From Fibrobacteria bacterium (GTDB taxonomy: Bacteria > Fibrobacterota > Fibrobacteria > UBA11236): 64,000 bases of DNA. The position numbers were made by a program, and so were the translations under genes. Numbering within the stretch: position 1 is the stretch's first letter; every line of letters begins with the position of its first letter. Below the pieces are notes generated by a model. That model had not been told where the DNA came from and did no database searches. It worked only from the letters and a program-made list of their open reading frames with translations. Location: NCBI GenBank assembly GCA_043745805.1, contig JAYTSD010000004.1, positions 128,001 through 192,000 of the forward strand. Direction: 5' to 3'. This document shows positions 49,615 through 58,402 of this stretch, piece by piece.

Positions 49615-51039
49615 TTAAAAGTTAAAGCCAATTTTAAACATTGCATACCAGTCTTTTAATGTAGAGAAAGCAGTAGCGTACCTACTAACATCACCTTCAG
49701 CGGGTGCGATATATTGGTTATAAGGTCTGAAATGATCATTTGCAATTTGCAAAGAAACTTTAGTGTTTTTATAGTAGGACTTAGACATATAGACTGACCA
49801 TTTAATATTGTCCTTAACCATATTATTGATATCGACTGGATCAGTAAAAATCACGGTTGGACGCCCTTTCAAATGACCGCTAGTGTCTTGTTCTCGTGAA
49901 TAGTCTTGATTACTCACTGGAACAGTTGCACCATCTCTCCATAATTTTAAATAATCATTTTTGTATCTGGCCCCGTAATATTCGGCTTCAATAAGAAATT
50001 CACTTAAGTATGGAACAGGAAGATATAATCCAACCATAATTGGAATTCTTTCGGTAATTTTTGGATAAACACCTTTGTAACTTTTAGTACCTAAAACTGC
50101 AAATTCGGAAAATAGCTTGAATTTGCCAAACCCATCCAATTTTGCCCATGTATTAAAGTCCAATGAAATTTGGCCCATAAGTTTTATGCCCTGATGACTG
50201 ATGGTAATATTTGTGGTATCGTAAACAGTTTTCCCACTAATTACAGATGAATCAATTTGTTGATAACCATAACGACCATCGTAAGGATGACTACCAGACT
50301 CAACTGGAAATGCTTTATCGGTAAGTTGTGTAACTTTTTTATTTGCAGGCAGTATCCGGTACAAATTAATGCCTGTGCCGAATTCAAACCCGCCAATTTT
50401 GTATTTGGCAAGATAGGCCACAGAAATGTCAAAAATAGGTGGCAAATCAGTTTCACTCTTAAATATTAAGTCGTGAGAAAATCCGAAAGCATATTGGTTG
50501 TGAATGTTCAAGCCCAATACATTACCCACAGTTGTATCAAGAGTTTTTGATTGAAATTCAGAGAATAAAAGGCCTGGGTAAACTGGCCCTCTAAACAAAT
50601 AGGAGCCAAGGTTCCGCGTATCTTGATTATACTGATAAGGGAATAATCCCAAATTTATGATCCATTTGGGTTCGGACTGCGAAATCGGAAAATATGTAAA
50701 CCGAGATTCAGTAAGATAAGGGAAAAACTGAACTTTTGTCGCGATTATTGCATTGCCAGAACCTTGAGCTGTCTGTATTTGATATCCGCCCAAGCCAATC
50801 GCAGCTTCAAGTTGGTCGCTTATCAAGGCCTTAATGGTGAATTGTGAGCCTGGACTTTGAATCCAATTCTTGTTGTAATTATGAGAATGATCGACGGTAT
50901 CAGAGCTATGCATAATACGACCAAATTGGTACCAACCCGAACCATGTAATTCGAATTTTATTGAATCTGATGATTCTGTAGAATGGCAAATTTCAAAGCA
51001 CAAAAAAAATAGAAATGCTAATCGTAAGGGAATTTGCAT
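49615..51039 (-). CDS. Putative outer-membrane beta-barrel, paralogue 1 of 3
   Basis: ATG at 51039 after GAGGA; signal peptide; ends DWYAMFKIGFNF. Confidence 0.75.
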   Translation of the reverse strand: MQIPLRLAFLFFLCFEICHSTESSDSIKFELHGSGWYQFGRIMHSSDTVDHSHNYNKNWIQSPGSQFTIKALISDQLEAAIGLGGYQIQTAQGSGNAIIATKVQFFPYLTESRFTYFPISQSEPKWIINLGLFPYQYNQDTRNLGSYLFRGPVYPGLLFSEFQSKTLDTTVGNVLGLNIHNQYAFGFSHDLIFKSETDLPPIFDISVAYLAKYKIGGFEFGTGINLYRILPANKKVTQLTDKAFPVESGSHPYDGRYGYQQIDSSVISGKTVYDTTNITISHQGIKLMGQISLDFNTWAKLDGFGKFKLFSEFAVLGTKSYKGVYPKITERIPIMVGLYLPVPYLSEFLIEAEYYGARYKNDYLKLWRDGATVPVSNQDYSREQDTSGHLKGRPTVIFTDPVDINNMVKDNIKWSVYMSKSYYKNTKVSLQIANDHFRPYNQYIAPAEGDVSRYATAFSTLKDWYAMFKIGFNF

Positions 51040-51066
51040 CGTGTCCTCATAGAATACAAAAGTTTT

Positions 51067-51107
51067 AAAAAAAGATACATCTACTCTCAAGACAAGAGTA
51101 GATGTAT
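51067..51107 (-). terminator. Terminator-like hairpin with a 13-bp perfect stem
   Basis: ATACATCTACTCT-N7-AGAGTAGATGTAT, followed on the minus strand by CTTTTTTT. Confidence 0.7.
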
Positions 51108-51133
51108 TCAAAAAAAATATTAAGGGGACTGTC

Positions 51134-51237
51134 TTACTAGTAACTGCAAGGTAACATTTTTACTAGTAACTGTACGGGAACTATTTTACTAGTAACTGCA
51201 AGGGTACTATTTTACTAGTAACTGTATAGTAAGGATT
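51134..51237. repeat. 4 x 26-bp tandem repeat with invariant core TTACTAGTAACTG
   Basis: Cores start at 51134, 51160, 51186 and 51212; TTACTAGTAA is a perfect palindrome. Confidence 0.95.
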
Positions 51238-52392
51238 AATTAGTTGAGCTATATAAATTCGATTTCCAGACAAATTAATTACATGCTGGTAATTACCTTT
51301 AACTCCATTGGTTACATAGGCAGTTCTTCCTGTAAGATCAGTTATTTTGAGCTGATAATTGGCTTCTGTATAACCAAAAATACGAGTTTGACCACCACTT
51401 AATCCAAGTACCTGAATGTTTGAAAAAACCGATTTCATTTTTGGATCTATGCCAACAGATGGACAAGCTCCATTTGCAACCATTTTGGCCACTTCAGCAT
51501 CCCATTCTGGATAACTCGCAAGTGGGTTTCCATCAGCCCCTAAATTTCGAACTAAAACTCTTTTATATTGATTTGGTGCACCCTTCCAGAGACCAGCGCC
51601 AGTATGAACCTGAAGAGAGAAATAACCATCGGGCTTATTCTCAATAGGAACATCCGCATAATCTATCATTGCATATCCATTTATATAAGTCCTAATCTTT
51701 ACGGGCTCATTATTAAAGATTTGTGCATGTAACCAATTAAATCCCTTAGTATTCCAAATTCTCGGATACCACTCCGACATTTGGGCGCCAGGTGCAGCAA
51801 CCCATGGAGTAGCCTTTGTTGCGATCCAAGGAGCAGAATTAGAAGTAATTGTACTGTCGTTTGTAAAATCAAATGGTTTGTAGGATTGGGAAAGACCCGA
51901 ACGATTTGGCAAGCCTTCGGCCCAGAATCCGCCAACAGTTTTTCCACCTAGATAGTCAATAACCATTTGCCAAGAGTTACCCATTTGGTCCGAGTGCATA
52001 AATAACCCACCATCGTTTCCATAAGATGGCTTGGCAAATATTTTAATTTCCGCATTGGAATATTTATGTTTTGTATGTAATAGTCCACCAACACCACCTA
52101 CTTGCTTTGAAATAAGAACTGTATCGCCTTGAATGTCCCAAGTAGCTGCACCACCGTGATTTGTGTTCGCAGGTTTAAAGAAATATTTATCTAGTGAAGC
52201 CTGTGTTCCATTAAATAAAAGATACCAACCTTTATTTCCAGAAGGATCCTTAGCTGTGAGCGGATCATTTGCATCAATTTTACAATAAGGGACACCTAAT
52301 CCAGGATCTATACCAGGGACTAAATCAAGAGCAAATACTGCTGTTCCCAAAACAAAGCTTAAGAGTGCTGTTTTAATAAATACCAAATTCAT
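51181..52392 (-). CDS. Secreted DUF1080 (3-keto-glycoside hydrolase-like) protein with T9SS-like C-terminal sorting domain
   Basis: Signal peptide; GWYLLFNG, GNDGGLF, YING and GYFSLQVH..YKRVLVRNL; tail LKITDLTGR..RIYIAQL..VTSKIV. Confidence 0.75.
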   Translation of the reverse strand: MNLVFIKTALLSFVLGTAVFALDLVPGIDPGLGVPYCKIDANDPLTAKDPSGNKGWYLLFNGTQASLDKYFFKPANTNHGGAATWDIQGDTVLISKQVGGVGGLLHTKHKYSNAEIKIFAKPSYGNDGGLFMHSDQMGNSWQMVIDYLGGKTVGGFWAEGLPNRSGLSQSYKPFDFTNDSTITSNSAPWIATKATPWVAAPGAQMSEWYPRIWNTKGFNWLHAQIFNNEPVKIRTYINGYAMIDYADVPIENKPDGYFSLQVHTGAGLWKGAPNQYKRVLVRNLGADGNPLASYPEWDAEVAKMVANGACPSVGIDPKMKSVFSNIQVLGLSGGQTRIFGYTEANYQLKITDLTGRTAYVTNGVKGNYQHVINLSGNRIYIAQLINPYYTVTSKIVPLQLLVK

Positions 52393-52621
52393 ATTATTCC
52401 TTCCATACGGATTTTAACTAATCCGTGGCGCGCGGATTTATTCTACAACGTAAAAATAAGCGGCGAATCTCAGTTGTCAAGCCATATCTCACAATAAAAT
52501 AGCCAGTTAATGGATCGCCGATATTCTATCGATGTTTTATATCCCTAAAGATATTCATTTATACTTTTCAGAAAAATTTCGCATTATTTGAAGCCTTGCT
52601 TATGCAGTATAACTTATTAAT

Positions 52622-55009
52622 TTGCCTCAAATGATATGTTGCTCTTCAAAAAATCGAAAATGGACAATACAACTTTCCCTCCTAAGCCTTCTGGTGCTTG
52701 GCTGTACATCAAAATCCGTAGATCCCACAACCTCGCAAATACAGGCAATGGAAGGAGGATTTTGGGGCATAATTAATTCTTCATTATCCCAAGAACAAAA
52801 TACTGTAAGTGCTTTTTTTGATGCTACTATCGCAAACCGACACTCTCCAAAATCCACAGTAACACTTGCGATACGGTATCCTTTTAATCATTCCATTTTT
52901 CCACCTGAATTTATTCCTCCCGATTTTTTTTGGTCGGATTCCTTATCCCCTTCGGATTTATGGATAATTGAAGCGCAGTCAAATCAGAATAAGATTTTTA
53001 GAACTTTAACCTCAAGCCCACCTATTACTTTTCCAGTCATAGATTCTCTCGCCATTCCGCAAAATTCAAAAATGGAAATTCCTGATCCAAATCGATATCA
53101 CCATTGGACACCTACGATGGCTGTTTGGGAAAAACTAAAAACGTTAACGCCATCAAATTCAGAAATCAGCTTGACCATTTTTGGAATTAACAAAAATAAA
53201 CCTAAAGAAATTTTATCCCAAGCTAATGTAACCTTCATGTTTTCCAAAGATTCAGTAATTGCCCCTATCTTTTATCGCGATGTGCCGATTATGCCGGCAA
53301 AAAATGAAAGTGGACGAGTACAGCCCTTGCCCCAATCTGCACAGCGATTGGTTAGCTGGAGCCTTCGTAATGTCGGCTTAACCGAAAGCAAAACTATTAT
53401 TAAAACCCTACCGACTTGTGCAAATTGTCACTCTTTTTCTCAAGATGGTAAATCTATTGGTTTAGATATGGATGGACCACAATCAGATAAAGGCACATAT
53501 GGAATTGCACAGTTAGAGCCAGAAACAGATATTAAGTTTAAAGATGTTTTTAGTTGGAATTATGATTTTAAACAAAAAGCGAAAGACAAAAAAACTATTG
53601 GATTTCTTTCCCGCCTTTCTCCCGACGGAAATTATGTTGTAAGCACCGTTAATGAAGAAGTTTATATTCAAAATTTTATGAACAATAAATATATCCAAGT
53701 ATTTTTTCCCACGAGAGGTATACTGGCAGTTTACTCCAAAACGTCGCACAATATTCAAAAATTACCTGGAACCGACGACACAGCATTTGTGCATTGTGAT
53801 CCTGTTTGGAGTCCAGATGGGAAATTTATTGTATTCGCGAGAGCTAAGGCCAAAGCGCCGTATTCACTAGGGCAAAAAGAAGCGCGTTTTCCAAATGATA
53901 CTAATGAAACACAAATTAAATATGACTTATATCGAATACCCTTCAATGATGGAAAAGGCGGAAAACCCGTGCCGATTCTTGGAGCAAGCGAGAATGGATT
54001 GAGTAATAATTTTCCCAAGGTAACACCTGATGGAAAATTTATTGTGTTTGTGAAGTGTAAGAATGGACAATTATTAAGGCCCGACAGTAGGTTGTGGATA
54101 GTACCCGTTACAGGTGGGATAGCAAGGGAAATGAATTGCAATACCTCGGAAATGAATTCATGGCATAGCGTTTCCCCCAATGGGCGCTGGATGGTTTTCT
54201 CCTCTAAATATTTTTCATTTTATACGCAAATGTTTTTAACCCATATCGATGAAAATGGCATGGATACGCCGCCGATTCTAATTCCAAATGCTACAGCAGC
54301 TAATCGTGCAGTAAATTTACCAGAATTCGTAAATATCCCTTACGATCGACTGAATCATATTACTGCCTCTGCCGTTGCCCCGATGCAGTATATGCAGGAT
54401 GTTAGGGACTTACTATCCCAAGGTGATGGAGAAGGCGCCCTAAAGAGAATGCAAAGTGCATTAGCATTGGAAAAGCGAGATTTGAAATTTCGCTCCGAAG
54501 CACAGATGTTACTGGGATGGATTTATAAGTCAACGGATTCAGGAATTGTGTGGTGTCGCCAAGCCATTCAAACCGATCCTAAAAATGCATTAGCTCATTT
54601 TAATTTAGGGGGATTCTATGAACAGAAGGGTAATATTCGGGAATCCTTAAAATATTACACGCTGGCAGTGGAATTAGATCCTCAAAACTCTTGGGCTTTA
54701 ATGAAATTATCCAAGTTTTATATGAAATCGGAAGATCCTAAGATAAAAAATATTTCCAAAGGAATTGCATTTGCAGAAAAATCCAATCAAACATCCCATT
54801 TTCGTGAACCGTCATTAATAAAATCTTTAGCGCGTGCCTATTCTGATGTAAAGCGCTTCAAAGAAGCAATAGATATGGCACAAATGGCTTTAGAGTTAGC
54901 TAGGGAACAGTCTTTATCGCAAGAAATTTCTGAATTGGAATCCGAACTCCCCTATTATCAACATGGAGTTTCATTTACAGAAGCGGTGAAACAAAGTAGG
55001 AACCAATAA
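52622..55009 (+). CDS. Lipoprotein with CxxCH motif, TolB-like/PD40 repeats and C-terminal TPRs
   Basis: Lipobox LVLGC; CANCH; repeats LSPDGNYVV, WSPDGKFIVF, VTPDGKFIVF and VSPNGRWMVF; TPR DPKNALAHFNLGGFY. Exact start uncertain. Confidence 0.8.
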   Translation: MPQMICCSSKNRKWTIQLSLLSLLVLGCTSKSVDPTTSQIQAMEGGFWGIINSSLSQEQNTVSAFFDATIANRHSPKSTVTLAIRYPFNHSIFPPEFIPPDFFWSDSLSPSDLWIIEAQSNQNKIFRTLTSSPPITFPVIDSLAIPQNSKMEIPDPNRYHHWTPTMAVWEKLKTLTPSNSEISLTIFGINKNKPKEILSQANVTFMFSKDSVIAPIFYRDVPIMPAKNESGRVQPLPQSAQRLVSWSLRNVGLTESKTIIKTLPTCANCHSFSQDGKSIGLDMDGPQSDKGTYGIAQLEPETDIKFKDVFSWNYDFKQKAKDKKTIGFLSRLSPDGNYVVSTVNEEVYIQNFMNNKYIQVFFPTRGILAVYSKTSHNIQKLPGTDDTAFVHCDPVWSPDGKFIVFARAKAKAPYSLGQKEARFPNDTNETQIKYDLYRIPFNDGKGGKPVPILGASENGLSNNFPKVTPDGKFIVFVKCKNGQLLRPDSRLWIVPVTGGIAREMNCNTSEMNSWHSVSPNGRWMVFSSKYFSFYTQMFLTHIDENGMDTPPILIPNATAANRAVNLPEFVNIPYDRLNHITASAVAPMQYMQDVRDLLSQGDGEGALKRMQSALALEKRDLKFRSEAQMLLGWIYKSTDSGIVWCRQAIQTDPKNALAHFNLGGFYEQKGNIRESLKYYTLAVELDPQNSWALMKLSKFYMKSEDPKIKNISKGIAFAEKSNQTSHFREPSLIKSLARAYSDVKRFKEAIDMAQMALELAREQSLSQEISELESELPYYQHGVSFTEAVKQSRNQ

Positions 55010-56203
55010 CTACCCCAAAGGCAATACCCTACCCCGCGAAATCGCTGCCTCCCCAAACTTGTCCCGCACCGCGTCCATAGCCTTATCCAGCTTAGCCTCA
55101 GTGTTAGGTACCGCCAATAAAGACAATTGCGTATCTTCCTGTTGAAACTGGCTGAGTCGAACCCCTATCAAACGAAATTTTGCTGCAGAGTTACGCGATT
55201 TTTTTTCACTAATTTCTTTAAATAATTCAGCAAGTATGCGAAATATTTCTTGGCTATTGTGAGTCGGTTCAGCTAAAGTTTTGGAACGCGAATGGCGAGA
55301 AAAGTTACTGTCACGCCAAACAAAAGATAAAGTTTTTCCGGCTAAGCCTTCCTTACGTGCCCTGCGTGATACCCTATCACAAAGTTCCAATAAATATCTT
55401 CGTAAAGCTTCTACCTCAGCAATATCTTTTTCAAAAGTCATTTCATGGGAAATACTTTTTTCACTTCTGTCCAAGTCTACTTCACGGTTATCTATACCAT
55501 TACAAAGCGCAAGCATATGTTCCGCAAAGGCTTCACCAAAATGCGCTTTTATTCCCGAAGGTGGCGTAATACGTAATTGTTTAATAAAATAAAAACCCAT
55601 TTGATGTAATTCGGCTTGAGTCTTTTTCCCTACTCCCCACAGCTTTCCAACCGAAAGGGGATCCAAAATACTTTGTACTTGATCGGGTTCCAGAATCGTT
55701 AATCCATCGGGTTTTTCTAAATCGGAAGCGAGCTTTGCTAAAAATTTATTCGCTGCAATGCCAACAGAAGCTGTCAACCCAACTTGTTGGCGAATATAGG
55801 TTTTCATTTTTTCTGCTGCTTGGCGCGGAGAACCAAAATAGGTTTCAGTTCCTGTCATATCCAGAAAAGCTTCGTCGATAGAAATTTGTTCCACCATGGG
55901 CGAAAATTCGGATAAACAATTCATTAAGCGACGAGAATATTCGCTGTATAATTTATGTTGGCCATTAACATAAATTCCGTGGGGACATTTTACTCGTGCT
56001 TCACGAATCGGCATGGCAGCATGAATGCCATAAACTCTGGCCGCATAGCTAGCCGAAGAAACTACGCCTCGGCCACTGTCCACACCGCCTACTATTAATG
56101 GTTTGCCGCGATATTCAGGATGTTCTAATTCTTCCACCGAGGCAAAAAAAGCATCCATATCCACATGGAAAATTAAAGTGTCAAATACCTTGTTACGACT
56201 CAT
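55010..56203 (-). CDS. dinB: DNA polymerase IV (Y family)
   Basis: HVDMDAFFASVE, SYAARVYG, SIDEAFLD and KFLAKLASDLEKPDG. Confidence 0.95.
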   Translation of the reverse strand: MSRNKVFDTLIFHVDMDAFFASVEELEHPEYRGKPLIVGGVDSGRGVVSSASYAARVYGIHAAMPIREARVKCPHGIYVNGQHKLYSEYSRRLMNCLSEFSPMVEQISIDEAFLDMTGTETYFGSPRQAAEKMKTYIRQQVGLTASVGIAANKFLAKLASDLEKPDGLTILEPDQVQSILDPLSVGKLWGVGKKTQAELHQMGFYFIKQLRITPPSGIKAHFGEAFAEHMLALCNGIDNREVDLDRSEKSISHEMTFEKDIAEVEALRRYLLELCDRVSRRARKEGLAGKTLSFVWRDSNFSRHSRSKTLAEPTHNSQEIFRILAELFKEISEKKSRNSAAKFRLIGVRLSQFQQEDTQLSLLAVPNTEAKLDKAMDAVRDKFGEAAISRGRVLPLG

Positions 56204-56388
56204 GCAGTTAATTTAAATACAAATTCTACAACACCCGAAGTCTGTACTTTTTTATTTATCATCACAAAAATTAGACAAAAATTGGATCGACAAAAACTCA
56301 AATCACCGTTTAATTTAAAGCTTGAAATACAGGCTAGCGAGTGAAAAATCACCACACCTAATGGCTAAAAATTTTAACTTTCCCCGTA

Positions 56389-57153
56389 ATGAAACTTTTT
56401 GCTTTATCAGATTTGCACTTGTCTTTTGATGTGCCCAATAAAAAAATGGATCGCTTCGGAGATATTTGGATTAATCACCCTGAAAAAATCAAAAAAAAAT
56501 GGATGGAAATAGTAGGACCCAAAGATGTGGTCGCCGTAACAGGTGATATTAGTTGGTCGAAAACTTTTACTTCCGCATTAGTGGATTTGTTTTGGATGGA
56601 TGAATTGCCAGGACAAAAAGTTATCCTTAAAGGCAACCATGATTTATGGTGGCCTACAAATTCGCAATTAGAAAAAGATTTACCGCCTTCCATAAAATTT
56701 GTACAAAATAATCATGTGCAAATAGGTCCCTATTTATTTTTTGGCACCAGACTTTGGGATACCGAAGAATATTCCATCTTTGATTTGATAGAATGGGATC
56801 CTAAAAAAGGCCCGATTCCCGGATTTAAAAAAGAATCGGACTTGCAGGCACAGCAAAATCTTTATGAACGGGAACTTGCACGCTTAAAACTGTCTATCGA
56901 TTCTATCCCTTCACAAAAAAAAGGTTTACGTATAGGTTTAACCCATTATCCCCCGCTAGACCAATATTTAAAGCCTTCAAAGGCTTCAAATATGTTACAA
57001 GCTGCAAGCGCAGAACATGTGATTTTTGGTCATTTGCATTCGGTTCGCAAAGATGCAGAGTCGGTTTTTGGAAGTGATGGGAAAACCCATTTTCATCTCG
57101 CGTCATGTGACTACTTAGATTTTACTCCAAAATTTATTTGTGAAGCGCCTTAA
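56389..57153 (+). CDS. Metallophosphoesterase
   Basis: SDLHLS, GDISW, KGNHDLWW, THYPP and FGHLH. Confidence 0.88.
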   Translation: MKLFALSDLHLSFDVPNKKMDRFGDIWINHPEKIKKKWMEIVGPKDVVAVTGDISWSKTFTSALVDLFWMDELPGQKVILKGNHDLWWPTNSQLEKDLPPSIKFVQNNHVQIGPYLFFGTRLWDTEEYSIFDLIEWDPKKGPIPGFKKESDLQAQQNLYERELARLKLSIDSIPSQKKGLRIGLTHYPPLDQYLKPSKASNMLQAASAEHVIFGHLHSVRKDAESVFGSDGKTHFHLASCDYLDFTPKFICEAP

Positions 57154-58327
57154 CAGAAGTTAGTCGTACTAAAAAATCGGCGGCAATTTCATCGAGATAT
57201 AACCAGCCTTCTCCTTGTAAATTAACCGCATGATCCTCCGTATGCAAAAGCCCAACACTATTCCATTTATGGAGAATATTTGCAGGAATTTGTTTTCCAA
57301 AGTTTGATTCCAATTTCATTAAATCGAGTCCACTCGCTTGTCGCAAAGATAAGGATACAAATTCGCTTAAACAATTATCTTGCGTTAAAATTTCACTTTC
57401 GCAAGTCGCGGCATTAAAATTATCGTCTCCCCAAGCGAGGTAACCTTCGAATGATCTTGGAGAAATTATGCGTTCCCCCTTAAATAAACCATGTGCACCC
57501 GGCCCAAAGGCAATATACTCTGCACCATTCCAATAGCCACAATTATGTTTTGATACGCGATTTTCTCGACAGAAATTTGAGACTTCATAACGATGATATC
57601 CCCTATCTTCTAAATATTTTACGCCAAGTGAATACATTTCATTATAAATTTCATCTTCACTGGTGAGTTTTAAACCTGCTTGAGTTTGCTTATCAAATTC
57701 AGTTCCTCCTTCTATGGTCAATCCATAAAAAGAAACATGATCGGGATAGTAACCTAGCAGTATCTCCAGATTTTTTAAAAATCCGCTAACCGTTTGACCC
57801 GCTAAACCAAAAATCAAATCACCGCTAAATTGAAATCTTCCATCGCTAGATACCTGTCGCAGCGCCTCTTGTGCGGATTCAGGAGTATGCACACGGCCTA
57901 AGGTTTTTAATTCATGGGCATGAAAGGATTGCACGCCTAAACTCAAACGATTAAATCCTAAATGATGGAATAGATCCAGTTTTTCTTTGGTGAGGCTGCT
58001 TGGATTACATTCTATACTGCGTTCCGTAATTTGTGAAAAATCAAATCTTTCGGTAAGCCTTTGTACTATACGCTCCATAAATTCAGATGCCAATAAAGAA
58101 GGTGTTCCTCCTCCAAAAAAAAGGGTACTAATAGGACGTGAACTATAAGCTTTGTGATCTATTTCACGTAATAATACTTCGGTCCATTGACGCTGACGAA
58201 TCGCGGGTAATTCCCAACTCGCAAAATCACAATAATGGCATTTTTTCTCGCAAAATGGGACATGCACATAAAGCTGTAAGGGCTTTGCAATAGAATCGAT
58301 TTTGGAGCTGGAGTCCTTATTAATCAT
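57134..58327 (-). CDS. hemW: Radical SAM heme chaperone HemW (HemN-like)
   Basis: LYVHVPFCEKKCHYCDF, FGGGTPS, SLGVQSF and YEVSNF..HN..YW. Start placed at the ATG at 58327 after GGAG. Confidence 0.9.
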   Translation of the reverse strand: MINKDSSSKIDSIAKPLQLYVHVPFCEKKCHYCDFASWELPAIRQRQWTEVLLREIDHKAYSSRPISTLFFGGGTPSLLASEFMERIVQRLTERFDFSQITERSIECNPSSLTKEKLDLFHHLGFNRLSLGVQSFHAHELKTLGRVHTPESAQEALRQVSSDGRFQFSGDLIFGLAGQTVSGFLKNLEILLGYYPDHVSFYGLTIEGGTEFDKQTQAGLKLTSEDEIYNEMYSLGVKYLEDRGYHRYEVSNFCRENRVSKHNCGYWNGAEYIAFGPGAHGLFKGERIISPRSFEGYLAWGDDNFNAATCESEILTQDNCLSEFVSLSLRQASGLDLMKLESNFGKQIPANILHKWNSVGLLHTEDHAVNLQGEGWLYLDEIAADFLVRLTSVKALHK

Positions 58328-58367
58328 CGACTCCAAAGTAGAAATATGAATAGCGGGAATTAGCATT

Positions 58368-58402
58368 AAAAAAATAAGGAGCTTTTTTTGCCCCTTATTT
58401 TT
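58368..58402 (-). terminator. Intrinsic terminator after ftsZ
   Basis: Minus strand reads ATAAGGGGC-A7-GCTCCTTAT followed by a T tract. Confidence 0.75.

Noticed and set aside
51134-51237. Repeat array as a mini-CRISPR
   Set aside because: The repeat (13 bp) and spacers (13 bp) are too short, the spacers resemble each other, and there are no cas genes in the window.
46530-55010. The block as a mobile element or prophage
   Set aside because: No integrase, transposase, tRNA target or flanking direct repeats were seen.
56204-56388. LexA/SOS box upstream of dinB
   Set aside because: I could not find a convincing match to the LexA boxes I know.
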